Shown here piece by piece: positions 39,131 to 48,656 of a stretch of 64,000 nucleotides of DNA. A model generated the notes under the pieces. It did not search any database. It saw nothing but the letters and a program-made list of their open reading frames with translations, and was not told the origin of the DNA. Position numbers and translations under genes: made by a program. This DNA is from Pseudomonadota bacterium (GTDB lineage: Bacteria > Myxococcota > JACRCW01 > JAFGSX01). Positions within the stretch are counted from its first letter, which is position 1. Each line of letters starts with the position of its first letter. The DNA lies in contig JBDRCO010000113.1 in NCBI GenBank assembly GCA_043821645.1, positions 64,001 to 128,000 on the forward strand, written 5' to 3'.

Positions 39131-41212
39131 TCAGAATCCGATCCATTGCCAGTATCCGAGAATGGTCCAGAACCACAGCACAGCGAAGGCGATGCAGGTG
39201 ATCACCGCGCCATGCTTCGCGAAGTCGCCCAGAGTCAGCAGCTGCTCTCCCGTGTTGAGGTCGCGGGCCAGGGAGTACGCGATGGCGTTGTTGGGTGTGC
39301 CGATGATCAGGCAGTTGGCGAAGGACGAGGCAAAGGCCGTGGCCAGCCCCACCATCCACGGATGCGTGCCGGAGAGCGCGGCCATGGGTACGGTGATGGG
39401 GCCCACCGCGGAGACCGTGGCGCCATCGCTCATGAAGTTGGTGAGCACGCCGGTGATGAAGCTGGATGCGATGGCCAGGCCGGCCCCGCTCGACAGGGCC
39501 TCGGGCAGCGCGTTGACGAAGGCGGACGCCATCCACAGCGCCGCTCCCGTCGCGGCCAGGCCCGCACCGATGGCCGTGGCGCTGCCGTACAGGGCCACCA
39601 CATCCCAGGAGATCTTGCTGATGTCGCGCCAGGTGACGATGCGGAACACCGACATCAGCACCAGCCCCAGGGCCACCGGACCGCCCATGCCCAGCCTGTC
39701 GCTGGCCGTGATCCACAGCGTGACGACCAGAAGCAGGATGGCCAGGCTGATCTTCTCGTCGCGGTTCATCACGCCGAGCTTCTTGGCCTCGCGCCTCACC
39801 ACCGCCGCCACGTCGAGGTTCTTCACCTGGGCCCGACGGCCGATGGCGAAGTACAGGTAGGCGCCAATGAGCACGGTGCACACCGGCACGAAGGGCATGC
39901 CGTACATCACCCACTGGCCGAAGGTGGGCGCGATGCCGTAGTCCGACAGGATGCCTATCATCACGGCGTTGCGGCCGCCGGCTGCCGGAGACCCTGGCCC
40001 ACCGTGATTGGCGGCGAGGGACAGACCCAGCATGAAGAACACCGCGAGATTGCGATCTCGCGAGATGCCGGCGCCGCGGATGGCGCTCATGTACACGACC
40101 ATGAGCAGGGGGGCGAGAAAGGCCACCAGCGCGTGCTCCGACAGGAAGCCCGCGACGATCGCGAGGCTGGGCAAGAACACGAAGGCGAAGAGCTTGAGCG
40201 AGTGGCTGGTGCCGAGCAGGATCAGGCCGATGCGCTTGTCGAGGCCGGTCTTGCTCAGGCCTATGGCAAAGGCCAGGACTCCGAGGATGAACAGCACCGA
40301 GTCCTTGGCAAAGGCCTGGGCCACACCGTCCGGTGGGAACACGTTGAACAGGTACATGAGCACCGCGACCGTGAGCGAGGTGAAGCCCAGGGGCATGGCG
40401 CCGAAGGCCCAGAACAGGGCGGCCACGACGAGGATGCCGATCATGACCTTGGCCGAGCGGGCCACCTGCTCGGGCGGCAAGGGCTTCTTGAGCTCCTTGC
40501 CATCGGGTCCTTGCTCCTTGACGTAGCGCTTGGACTTCTCGCTGTATTGCGAGGCGATGGTGTCGCCCGGCTTCATCTTGCGGTAGTCGGCATAGCCGGC
40601 GATGACGTCGCTGCGGTCCCCCGTCTTGGACGCTCGCAGCAGCGCCAGCAGGTTGTCGCTCGCCGGCGTGAAGGCGATGAGCGAGAACACGGCTGCGCCC
40701 AGGATCAGGATGCCCGGACGCGAGTTGTTGGTGCCCTTGAGCCAGGTCCACGCCGAGGTCCCCTGCACCGTCGGGATCTCGTTACGCGCCATGGCATAGA
40801 CTCTCTCCTGCCGTGCGCGCCGTATGGTCGCGATCAGTTCCTCGGTCTCGCAGGGCTTCTCGAGGTAGGCAAAGGCGTCCAGGCGGCCGATCGAGGTGGC
40901 CGACTCGATGCTGGCGTGTCCGGTCAGCATGATGACCTGGACCTCGGGGGCCATCTTCTTGACCTCCTTGAGCACCTCCTCGCCCTGCATCTTGGGCATC
41001 TTGCGATCGAGCACGATGACGTCGGGGCGATCGCTGCGGACCAGGCGGATAGCCTCCTCGCCGTCGCCCACGTCGCGCACCGAGAAACCCCGCAAGGTCA
41101 GGCGCTGGGCCAGGTTCTGACGGAAGCGGTCCTCGTCGTCGACCAGCAGCACCTTGATCGGACCGGTCTCGACCTGCGCGGGTTCGGCTCCCTCGACATG
41201 TGCCTCGGTCAT
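39131..41212 (-). CDS. REC domain fused to an SLC13/DASS-family permease
   Basis: REC: LLVDDE, VLDRKMP, MLTGHA, LEKP; permease: FLSEHA, GGPGSPAAGGRN, TNFMSDGA, IGTPNNAIAY; GAGG RBS. Confidence 0.9.
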   Translation of the reverse strand: MTEAHVEGAEPAQVETGPIKVLLVDDEDRFRQNLAQRLTLRGFSVRDVGDGEEAIRLVRSDRPDVIVLDRKMPKMQGEEVLKEVKKMAPEVQVIMLTGHASIESATSIGRLDAFAYLEKPCETEELIATIRRARQERVYAMARNEIPTVQGTSAWTWLKGTNNSRPGILILGAAVFSLIAFTPASDNLLALLRASKTGDRSDVIAGYADYRKMKPGDTIASQYSEKSKRYVKEQGPDGKELKKPLPPEQVARSAKVMIGILVVAALFWAFGAMPLGFTSLTVAVLMYLFNVFPPDGVAQAFAKDSVLFILGVLAFAIGLSKTGLDKRIGLILLGTSHSLKLFAFVFLPSLAIVAGFLSEHALVAFLAPLLMVVYMSAIRGAGISRDRNLAVFFMLGLSLAANHGGPGSPAAGGRNAVMIGILSDYGIAPTFGQWVMYGMPFVPVCTVLIGAYLYFAIGRRAQVKNLDVAAVVRREAKKLGVMNRDEKISLAILLLVVTLWITASDRLGMGGPVALGLVLMSVFRIVTWRDISKISWDVVALYGSATAIGAGLAATGAALWMASAFVNALPEALSSGAGLAIASSFITGVLTNFMSDGATVSAVGPITVPMAALSGTHPWMVGLATAFASSFANCLIIGTPNNAIAYSLARDLNTGEQLLTLGDFAKHGAVITCIAFAVLWFWTILGYWQWIGF

Positions 41213-41219
41213 CGCATCC

Positions 41220-42968
41220 TCATGCGGCCGTACGCGCGGAGGCCGCGGCGGCCAGCTGTCTTTCCGTGGCGACGGGCAGGGCAATGGTGAAGGTGGTGCC
41301 GTGCCCGACCTCGCTCGCCACCTCGATGCTGCCCCCCAGAGCCTTGATGATACCGTAGCTGATGCTCAGCCCGAGGCCGGTGCCTCGCCCCACAGCCTTG
41401 GTCGTGAAGAAGGGGAAGAACACCTTCTCCAGGATCTCGGACGGCATACCGCAGCCGGTATCCTGCACGTCGATCTCGACCCGTCGCCCGACCTGCCGCG
41501 TGCGCAGGGTGAGGTTGCCGTCGTGAACCATCGCGTCCTTGGCGTTGTTGAGCAGGTTGAGCAGGACCTGATCGAGCTGGTTGCGCCCCAGCATCACCGG
41601 CGGCAGGTCACCCGCCAGCCCCAGCACCACCTCGATGTTGCTGACCTTGAAGTCGGTATCCTTGACCTGCACCACCCGCCGGACCACCAGGTTGATATCG
41701 GTGGGCTCGGGCTCCGGCTCATGCTGTCTGGCAAAGGCCAGGAGCTTTCGCGTGATGTCGCGGCCGCGCATGGTGGCGTCGCGGATGGCGTCCAGGCGCT
41801 CGCGAAACTCGTCGGGGTCGAAGCTCTGCTTGAACTGGGGATCGAGGAGGTCCTTCATCATCGAGGCTTCCTCGTACACGATCGCCAGGGGGTTGTTGAT
41901 CTCGTGCGCCACACCCGCAGCCATCTCGCCCACCGACGCCAGCTTGGCCGCGCTGAACAGCTGCAGCGTCACCTCCTCGCGCGCGCGGTCCGCCTCCTCC
42001 AGCCGCCCGATCACGCTGCGCGTGGTGCGCCGCACCAGCAGCACGAGGCCGAGCAGGGTCACCAGCATGATCGCCACCAGCACCAGGCGCGCCCGGCGGA
42101 GCGGCCAGTAAGCCTGGGCCGTGGGCAGGCGGACGATCAGCGCCCACTCGTTGACTGTCAGCCACGACAGCGCGCGAACGTAGCCTGTGCCTCCCGCATC
42201 GATCTCGTCGAGGAGGGTGTCCTCGGAGCGCGCCGGCACGTAGCTGAACTCCCGCGAAGGCTCCTGCTCGCCGGTCAGGGTCTGACGCTGGCCCTTGGGG
42301 TTGACGATGAAGAACTCCGCGTCGTCGACCAGATGTGACGACGCCACGAACGCACCGAACTCCTTGGGGTCGACACTGGCGCGCAGCACCCAGTCGGCGC
42401 CCTCGTGGGGATAGCGCACCGCCAGGATGAAGTGCGGCTGTCCGCGAAAACCCAGGTACACGTCGCTGATCACGTGACCGCGGCCCGAGGTTGCGAGCTG
42501 CTCGAACCATTCCTCGCCGCTGTAGTCGCGGCCGACCAGGGAGCCGTGGGGACCCGCGTAGCGGACCAGGAGGCCCGCGGGATCGAACAGCCCCAGGTCC
42601 ACGAAGGCCTGGCTGTCGCGCTGGATCTTCTCCAGGGCCCGTTCCAGGTCGGCCTGGGCAGGAGGGAAGCGGAGGTTGTCGGGCTGGAAGACGTTGCGGA
42701 GGTTGACGATGCGTTCTTGCAGGAACAGGTCGACGGTGTTGCGGCGGTTCTCGGCGATGGAGCGCAGGTGGTTGTCGATGCCGGTGCGCAGGGTCTGGTT
42801 GTACTGGTAATGAAAAACCGCCGACAGCACCAGCAGCGGGGTCACGTAGCCCACCAGCAGCTGCCAGCGCAGGCGACTCTTCAGCTGCTCGAAGTAGGCG
42901 TGGTCGCGGTGGGTCGCACTGGCCAGGGGCGACCGGACCTGGTCTGCATTGAGGCGGTTTTCGCTCAC
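41220..42968 (-). CDS. Sensor histidine kinase (Cache-like sensor, HisKA, HATPase)
   Basis: [54 protein letters not shown] start inferred. Confidence 0.92.
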   Translation of the reverse strand: MSENRLNADQVRSPLASATHRDHAYFEQLKSRLRWQLLVGYVTPLLVLSAVFHYQYNQTLRTGIDNHLRSIAENRRNTVDLFLQERIVNLRNVFQPDNLRFPPAQADLERALEKIQRDSQAFVDLGLFDPAGLLVRYAGPHGSLVGRDYSGEEWFEQLATSGRGHVISDVYLGFRGQPHFILAVRYPHEGADWVLRASVDPKEFGAFVASSHLVDDAEFFIVNPKGQRQTLTGEQEPSREFSYVPARSEDTLLDEIDAGGTGYVRALSWLTVNEWALIVRLPTAQAYWPLRRARLVLVAIMLVTLLGLVLLVRRTTRSVIGRLEEADRAREEVTLQLFSAAKLASVGEMAAGVAHEINNPLAIVYEEASMMKDLLDPQFKQSFDPDEFRERLDAIRDATMRGRDITRKLLAFARQHEPEPEPTDINLVVRRVVQVKDTDFKVSNIEVVLGLAGDLPPVMLGRNQLDQVLLNLLNNAKDAMVHDGNLTLRTRQVGRRVEIDVQDTGCGMPSEILEKVFFPFFTTKAVGRGTGLGLSISYGIIKALGGSIEVASEVGHGTTFTIALPVATERQLAAAASARTAA

Positions 42969-43174
42969 GAGCCAGCACTCCCGCGAGAATTTCTCGCTTC
43001 TGGGATCGAACGCTGCCGCGCCCCAAGCGTGTATCGGACAGATTGTGAAAGCAGGGTGGTGGTTTTTACGATCTGATTGCCAGGTCGATTCTCGATAAAT
43101 TCCCTTGATAGGCCCTGCCCCCCCGCCAGACATCTCCGGACAGTGCCCGGATCGGCCCTGCGGTGCAGCGCGGT

Positions 43175-43816
43175 TCAGGCCTGGGAGTCGATCAGACCGC
43201 GGCGGATGGCAAAACGCGTCAGGTCAGAGTTATTGCGCAGCCCCAGCTTCTCGAGGATGCGGCCGCGGTGGGTCTCGACCGTGCTGAGGCTCAGGCACAG
43301 CTCCTCGGCCACCTCACGGCTGGTCTGTCCGCCCGCCAGACGCACCAGGACTTGCATCTCGCGGTTCGACAGCACGGCCTCGGGCACGTCGGTCTGTGGC
43401 TGTCCGATGCGGCCGATGAGCTTCTCCTGCACCGCCGGGGTCACGAAGGTGCCGCCGCGGGCCACCACCCGCACCGCGTGCAGCAGCTCGTCGGTGTCCG
43501 CGCCCTTGACCAGGTAGCCCGCGGCCCCGGCGCGCATCACCCGCAGCGCGTACTCCTCGCTGGTGTGCATGGTCAGGATGAGGATGCGCAGCTTGAGACC
43601 GAGAGCCGCGATCTGCTCGGTGGTCCCCAGGCCATCGAGGTCAGGCATGGCGTAGTCCAGCAGCACCACGTCGGGTTTCACCTGCGGGCACAGGCTCACC
43701 GCCTCCCGTCCCGATCCGGTCTGGCCCACCACCTCGATATCCTCCTCGCCATCGAGCAGACGGCACAGGCCAGCGCGAACCAGGGTGTGGTCATCGACCA
43801 CCAGCACGCGGATCAT
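43175..43816 (-). CDS. NarL/LuxR-family response regulator
   Basis: VVDDH, LLDYAMP, LTMH, LSNREMQVL, TVETHR. Confidence 0.95.
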   Translation of the reverse strand: MIRVLVVDDHTLVRAGLCRLLDGEEDIEVVGQTGSGREAVSLCPQVKPDVVLLDYAMPDLDGLGTTEQIAALGLKLRILILTMHTSEEYALRVMRAGAAGYLVKGADTDELLHAVRVVARGGTFVTPAVQEKLIGRIGQPQTDVPEAVLSNREMQVLVRLAGGQTSREVAEELCLSLSTVETHRGRILEKLGLRNNSDLTRFAIRRGLIDSQA

Positions 43817-45804
43817 GACTGGGACTCCTTGTGGACCGCGGTGGGGGACGATCCCGCCTCCGCGGCCTCGACCGGAGCGGACGCGGTGGCCACTCCGGAC
43901 TGGGTACTCGCCGTGAAACGGACGCGCGTCCCCTGGAATGGCGCCGAGCGGATGTCGACCGTTCCATCGACCAGGGTCGCACGTTCGCGCATACCCTCGA
44001 CACCACAACCTTGCCTATCATCGAGCGAGGCCGGCTCGAAGCCGCGTCCGTCATCGTGGACCTCGAGGTAAAGCTCGCCCGAGGCATTGCGCAGCTCGAC
44101 GTGGACCGAGCGCGCATCGGCATGGCGCCGCACGTTGGTCAGGGACTCCTGAAGGATGCGGTAGGCCGTGAGGGCAACCTCGGGAGGCACGGGCCAGCGC
44201 TCGTCGAGACGGAGCTCGACCGCGGTCTCCACCTCGCAGTGCTGCTGGAACTCCCGCAGCAGCTGCTGCACGGCGGGTTCGAGACCCAGGTCGTCGAGCA
44301 GCGGCGGACGCAGCCCGCGGCAGATGCGGCGCAGCTCGTCGGTGGCGTGTTCGACCAGCTGGGCCGTCTCACCGAACTGGTCCTGGACCGCGGGTGAGAT
44401 GTCGGGAAGATGCTTGCGCAGGGAGCCCATCTCCAGTCGCAACGCGGTCAGCAGCTGCCCCAGCTCGTCGTGCAGCTCGCGAGACAGCCGCCCACGTTCC
44501 TGCTCCTGGGCCGACAGGACCTTGCGCGAGAGGAGACCCAGGCGGCGCATGGCACGCAGGCGCGCGCTCACGTCGGTGAGAGTCACCAGCCAGCACGCCA
44601 CATCCCCCTGGCGTAGCCGGGTCCCGCGCAGCTCCACGTCGACGCTCACGCCATCCGCCCTGGGGATGATCGCGTCCATGCGCGCGCGCCCGAGCTGCGC
44701 CAGCTGGCCGCGCAGCGCCTTGGTCTGCCGGGAGCCCTCGTCGCCGAGCAGGGTGGAGAGGGTTTGACCGATGAGCTGTGCCGGCTCGACGCCCAGGATC
44801 TGCCCCGCCGCCGCGCTGGCCTCGACGACGGCCCCGTCTTCATCCAGCACCAGCATGCCGTCGGTGGCGGCGTCGAAGACACCTCGGTACCTGGCCTCGG
44901 ATGCGCGCAGGGCCGCCTCGGCACGCTCGCGCTCACGAACCTCGCGCACCGCGGCTTGCAGCGCCTGGCGGAGTACTTCGGCCCGGCGCAACAGCAGGTG
45001 CACCAGCGCCGCGGCGAGCAGCGAGAGCAAGGCTCCGAGCAGGGGAACGGCAAGGCCGAGCGCCGCTCCGCTCCCGCTGGCGCTGCGCCGGGGTGCCAGC
45101 AGGAGTTTCCAGTGCCGATCCGCAACGTTCACCGCGAAGCTGCGCCCTGAGGCGGCATGGCCAGCGCCCAGGCGGTCGCCATAGACGGCGCGCTCCCCAT
45201 CCCAGACCGCCACCGAAAATTCGCTGCGAAGGCGGTCATGCAAGCCCTCCTCGAGCAGCGAGCGGGCCCGGATCCGGGCAGCCAGGGCGCCCAGGCACTC
45301 CCCGTCCCGGATCAGGGGAGCCACGGCGTACAGGCTCACCCCGTCAGGCCCGCCCAGAGGAGCACTCAGCACGACCTGTCCCTCGCGGCGGGATCTCTGC
45401 GAGGCCTCGTTGAGCTCGGGTGTGTCAACCACATCGAGCGACGCACCGCCGCGATCCACGACCCAGGCGCCGCCGGTGTCGGTCTGGTCGACGAGCAGGG
45501 TCCAGGTCTGAAAACCCTGGAACTCCTCGAGCATCACGGCCGCGAACTCCTCGAAGCGTCGCTGCGAGAAATCTCGGTCTTCATGGGTGGACCAGCGCCG
45601 CGCAAAGAGCTCGACCACCCGCAGGTGCAACTCCAGGAACTCCTGCAGGCTGCGCGAGGCCTGGGTCCCCACGTCCTCGAGGTGCCGGTCCGCCAGCGAG
45701 TGTTGGTGCCGCTGCTGCTCGCGCCAGATCGCGAAGGTCAGCGCCAGCAGAAGAGCCAGCAGGAGCAGGGGCGACAGCCACAGACGGACGAAGCGTCGGG
45801 TCAT
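43813..45804 (-). CDS. PAS-domain sensor histidine kinase (HisKA_3, NarX/UhpB type)
   Basis: Two TM, PAS, ERGRLSRELHDELGQ, QESLTNVRRH, DDGRGF. Confidence 0.92.
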   Translation of the reverse strand: MTRRFVRLWLSPLLLLALLLALTFAIWREQQRHQHSLADRHLEDVGTQASRSLQEFLELHLRVVELFARRWSTHEDRDFSQRRFEEFAAVMLEEFQGFQTWTLLVDQTDTGGAWVVDRGGASLDVVDTPELNEASQRSRREGQVVLSAPLGGPDGVSLYAVAPLIRDGECLGALAARIRARSLLEEGLHDRLRSEFSVAVWDGERAVYGDRLGAGHAASGRSFAVNVADRHWKLLLAPRRSASGSGAALGLAVPLLGALLSLLAAALVHLLLRRAEVLRQALQAAVREVRERERAEAALRASEARYRGVFDAATDGMLVLDEDGAVVEASAAAGQILGVEPAQLIGQTLSTLLGDEGSRQTKALRGQLAQLGRARMDAIIPRADGVSVDVELRGTRLRQGDVACWLVTLTDVSARLRAMRRLGLLSRKVLSAQEQERGRLSRELHDELGQLLTALRLEMGSLRKHLPDISPAVQDQFGETAQLVEHATDELRRICRGLRPPLLDDLGLEPAVQQLLREFQQHCEVETAVELRLDERWPVPPEVALTAYRILQESLTNVRRHADARSVHVELRNASGELYLEVHDDGRGFEPASLDDRQGCGVEGMRERATLVDGTVDIRSAPFQGTRVRFTASTQSGVATASAPVEAAEAGSSPTAVHKESQS

Positions 45805-46991
45805 CGTACGCCTCGACTCTGGCGGACGAGCTCCTCGACGGGTTCCAGCAAGGCGGACATCTCGGCGTCGAAGCGAGTGTGCTCGAAGCGCCTGGCGTGT
45901 TCGCGCAGGCGCGAGGGGTCGAAACCCTCCCGCACCCTCTCGAAGCGTCGCACAGCCTCGATCAGCGCGGACTCGGTGGACTCCCCGAAGAACACGCCGG
46001 TGGCCCCGTCTCCGTCGCCACGCACCGTCTCCAGGGCCCCTCCCCTGCCAAAGGCGATGACCGGCGTGCCGCAGGCCTGGGCCTCGAGGGGGGTGATGCC
46101 AAAGTCCTCCTCGCCCGGGAAGATCAGCGCCCGCGCGCCCTGGTACAGCCGCCGGGCCTCGTCGTCGTCGACACGGCCGACGAAACGAACATTCGGGCTT
46201 GCCAGGTGCTGCAGACGCGCGGCCTCGGGCCCATCCCCGGCGACGATCAGCGGCAGACCGAGCTGGGCAAAGGCGCGCACGGCCAGGTCCACGCGCTTGT
46301 ACGGGGCCAGGGCACCCAGCACCAGGTAGTGGTCGCGCGACACGCCGGGCTCGGGCACGGCGAAGCGCTCCATGGCGACGGGCGGGTGCACCACGCTGGC
46401 CTCGCGTCCCCAGTGGCGGCGGATGCGCGCAGCCACGTGCTGACTGTTGGCCACCAGCTCAGTGGGACGATGCGCGGTGCGGCGGTCCCACGCCTGCAGG
46501 ACGGGTCGCAGGGCGGTCATGGCCAGGCGCGCTGCGGGTGAGGCACGGCCCGGACCGAAGTAATCGTCGAACTGCTCGTAGACGTAGCGCATCGGTGTGT
46601 GCACGTAGCACAGGTGCCGCGCACCCGAGCCGAGGCGCAGGGCCTTGATGGCGCAGTGACTCGTCGAGACCACGAGATCGAAGGCCGTGACGTCGAGGGC
46701 CTCGACCGCCGCCGGATACAGCGGCAGCAGCTGGCGGTAGCGACGGTGCGCGCCGGGCAGCCTGTCCAGGATGCTGGTCACGATGCGTCTGTCCTCGATG
46801 GCCGACGACACCGAGCCCGGGATGTGAAACAGCGTGTACAGGGGGGCGTGGGGGTAGCGCAGACACAGGCGTTCCAGCACGGCCTCGCCACCCCGCATGC
46901 CCGTGAGCCAGTCATGGGCCAGGGCGACCTGGAGGCCCTCTGTGGAGCGTGCGGCCACCATCCTGTGCCTCGCCGCGTCGCGCGCGCGCAC
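45801..46991 (-). CDS. GT4 glycosyltransferase
   Basis: VALAHDWLTGMRGGE, CYVHTPMRY, EDFGITPLEAQACG. Confidence 0.93.
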   Translation of the reverse strand: MRARDAARHRMVAARSTEGLQVALAHDWLTGMRGGEAVLERLCLRYPHAPLYTLFHIPGSVSSAIEDRRIVTSILDRLPGAHRRYRQLLPLYPAAVEALDVTAFDLVVSTSHCAIKALRLGSGARHLCYVHTPMRYVYEQFDDYFGPGRASPAARLAMTALRPVLQAWDRRTAHRPTELVANSQHVAARIRRHWGREASVVHPPVAMERFAVPEPGVSRDHYLVLGALAPYKRVDLAVRAFAQLGLPLIVAGDGPEAARLQHLASPNVRFVGRVDDDEARRLYQGARALIFPGEEDFGITPLEAQACGTPVIAFGRGGALETVRGDGDGATGVFFGESTESALIEAVRRFERVREGFDPSRLREHARRFEHTRFDAEMSALLEPVEELVRQSRGVR

Positions 46992-47129
46992 ACTGGCTTA
47001 GACGATCGCGTCTCAAAGCGAAAGCAAAACGCGCGATCCTCGGGTCGCCAGGACGTGAAAAGGCGATGGCCCAGGACGCAGTGCAGGGCCCCTCTTGACA
47101 GAGATACCCCTTGAGGACACACAGTCCGC

Positions 47130-48593
47130 ATGGCTCGCGCGCCCAGGAATGCCGAGAAAACCAGGCTCTCGCTCACCGCAGTCGCCGAGCTGGCCATCCT
47201 GGCGTGCCTCGCCCTCTGGCTCGGTCTGGCCATGGTCCATCCGCCCTTCTGGGGTTTGATGGACGACCACCTGAACCTGTACGTGCTCTGCCCGGAGATC
47301 TCGGACCAGGGTTTCGCGCACTTCTATCTGGAGTATGTGCGGCGCGACATCGTGGGCTGGGGCATGATGCGCCTCATCTACCCGCTGCAAGTGTTCCTGT
47401 TTTACTGCCATGGCAGCCCCTGGCTCGCGGCGGCCTCCAACCTGGTGCTCGTCATCGCCAGCACCTGGCTGTTCTTCTGGTCCCTGGCGCGCGCCGTCGG
47501 CAACAGCAGCGAGTCCTTCAGGAGCCTGGACGCTCGGCGAGCCGCGGCCCTGGGCACGCTGAGCTGCGTGGCTTTCTTCTGGTACCACGACTTCTTTCTG
47601 CATGTGTCCCTGCAAGAGAAGACCGTGCTGCTGTGGATCGCCGTGGTGGTCGCGGTGCTGTTCTCGAAACGAGGCCAGTCCCTGCGCCCTCTCCCCTTCT
47701 CCCTCCTCTCGGGCGGGCTCCTGCTCGCAGGTCTGGCGATCAAGGGACAGTTTGCGATCGCCTTGCCTTTGCTGGGCGCGCTGCAGTTGACCCGCGAGCT
47801 TCAGCGAGGAGGACTGCGCAGCGCCTGGAGAACCGCAGTCCTCGTGCTGTGGGGCGCTTCGGGAACGCTCGTGGTCAAGGCCGTCGCGATGCGCGGGCCC
47901 TATGCCTCGAGGTTCACCCTGGAGCAGGGCTGGCACAACCTGCACACGCCCATCGCCATTCTCTTCTTGGTTCCTATCCTGCTTGTCGGGACGGTTGCGG
48001 TCCGCGGTGTGCTCCGCCATCGCGGCGATGCGCGGTGGCTGGTCGACGGGGCATCGGCCCTGAGCTTGATCGCGTTCCTGGTGGTGCTCGCCCCGGTGGG
48101 CCTGCGCGGCTACGTGCTGGCGTTTTCCGCGCCCTGGCTGGTCTTGCCCTGGCTGCTGTGGCTCCCGGGGAGATCCTCTCGGGTACTATGGGCAGTCACC
48201 CTTCCTACCGCGGTGCTCGCTCTGACCGTGACCGGATACCGCAGCGCCCGCGCCCTGGAACGCGGAGAGGATCTGCGCCACATCGTGGCCTCGCCACAGC
48301 TCGCGGAACTCGCACGCCGGGGCGAGCCCCTCCGGGTTCCGTGCGTCGAGGGTTCTGCCGCGATCCGACGCTACGTGGCCGCGAATCAGGCTTCTGAGGT
48401 CGTGGTGCTGGGGCCCGACGCGCCCAGAGCATCGGGCAATGAGAGTTCGGTGTGGTTCCACGATTCGAGCAACTGCCCCCTGGGCCGCTTCGCCGAGGAG
48501 CTGGCGCCAACCGCGCGCACGGTGCTCATCGCTCCGAGCTTCGCGGGAAGCTACACGGTGGAGCGTTTTGATCCGTCTGGTTCCGAGAAGTGA
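47130..48593 (+). CDS. Multi-pass membrane protein, possible GT-C glycosyltransferase
   Basis: Many TM segments, LMDD motif after TM1, divergent from the GT4 gene. Confidence 0.65.
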   Translation: MARAPRNAEKTRLSLTAVAELAILACLALWLGLAMVHPPFWGLMDDHLNLYVLCPEISDQGFAHFYLEYVRRDIVGWGMMRLIYPLQVFLFYCHGSPWLAAASNLVLVIASTWLFFWSLARAVGNSSESFRSLDARRAAALGTLSCVAFFWYHDFFLHVSLQEKTVLLWIAVVVAVLFSKRGQSLRPLPFSLLSGGLLLAGLAIKGQFAIALPLLGALQLTRELQRGGLRSAWRTAVLVLWGASGTLVVKAVAMRGPYASRFTLEQGWHNLHTPIAILFLVPILLVGTVAVRGVLRHRGDARWLVDGASALSLIAFLVVLAPVGLRGYVLAFSAPWLVLPWLLWLPGRSSRVLWAVTLPTAVLALTVTGYRSARALERGEDLRHIVASPQLAELARRGEPLRVPCVEGSAAIRRYVAANQASEVVVLGPDAPRASGNESSVWFHDSSNCPLGRFAEELAPTARTVLIAPSFAGSYTVERFDPSGSEK

Positions 48594-48656
48594 GCACAGG
48601 AGCTCGGAGCCTGTCAGGAAAACCCATCGGCTGCGACGTCACTGTTTTGTTTCGGG

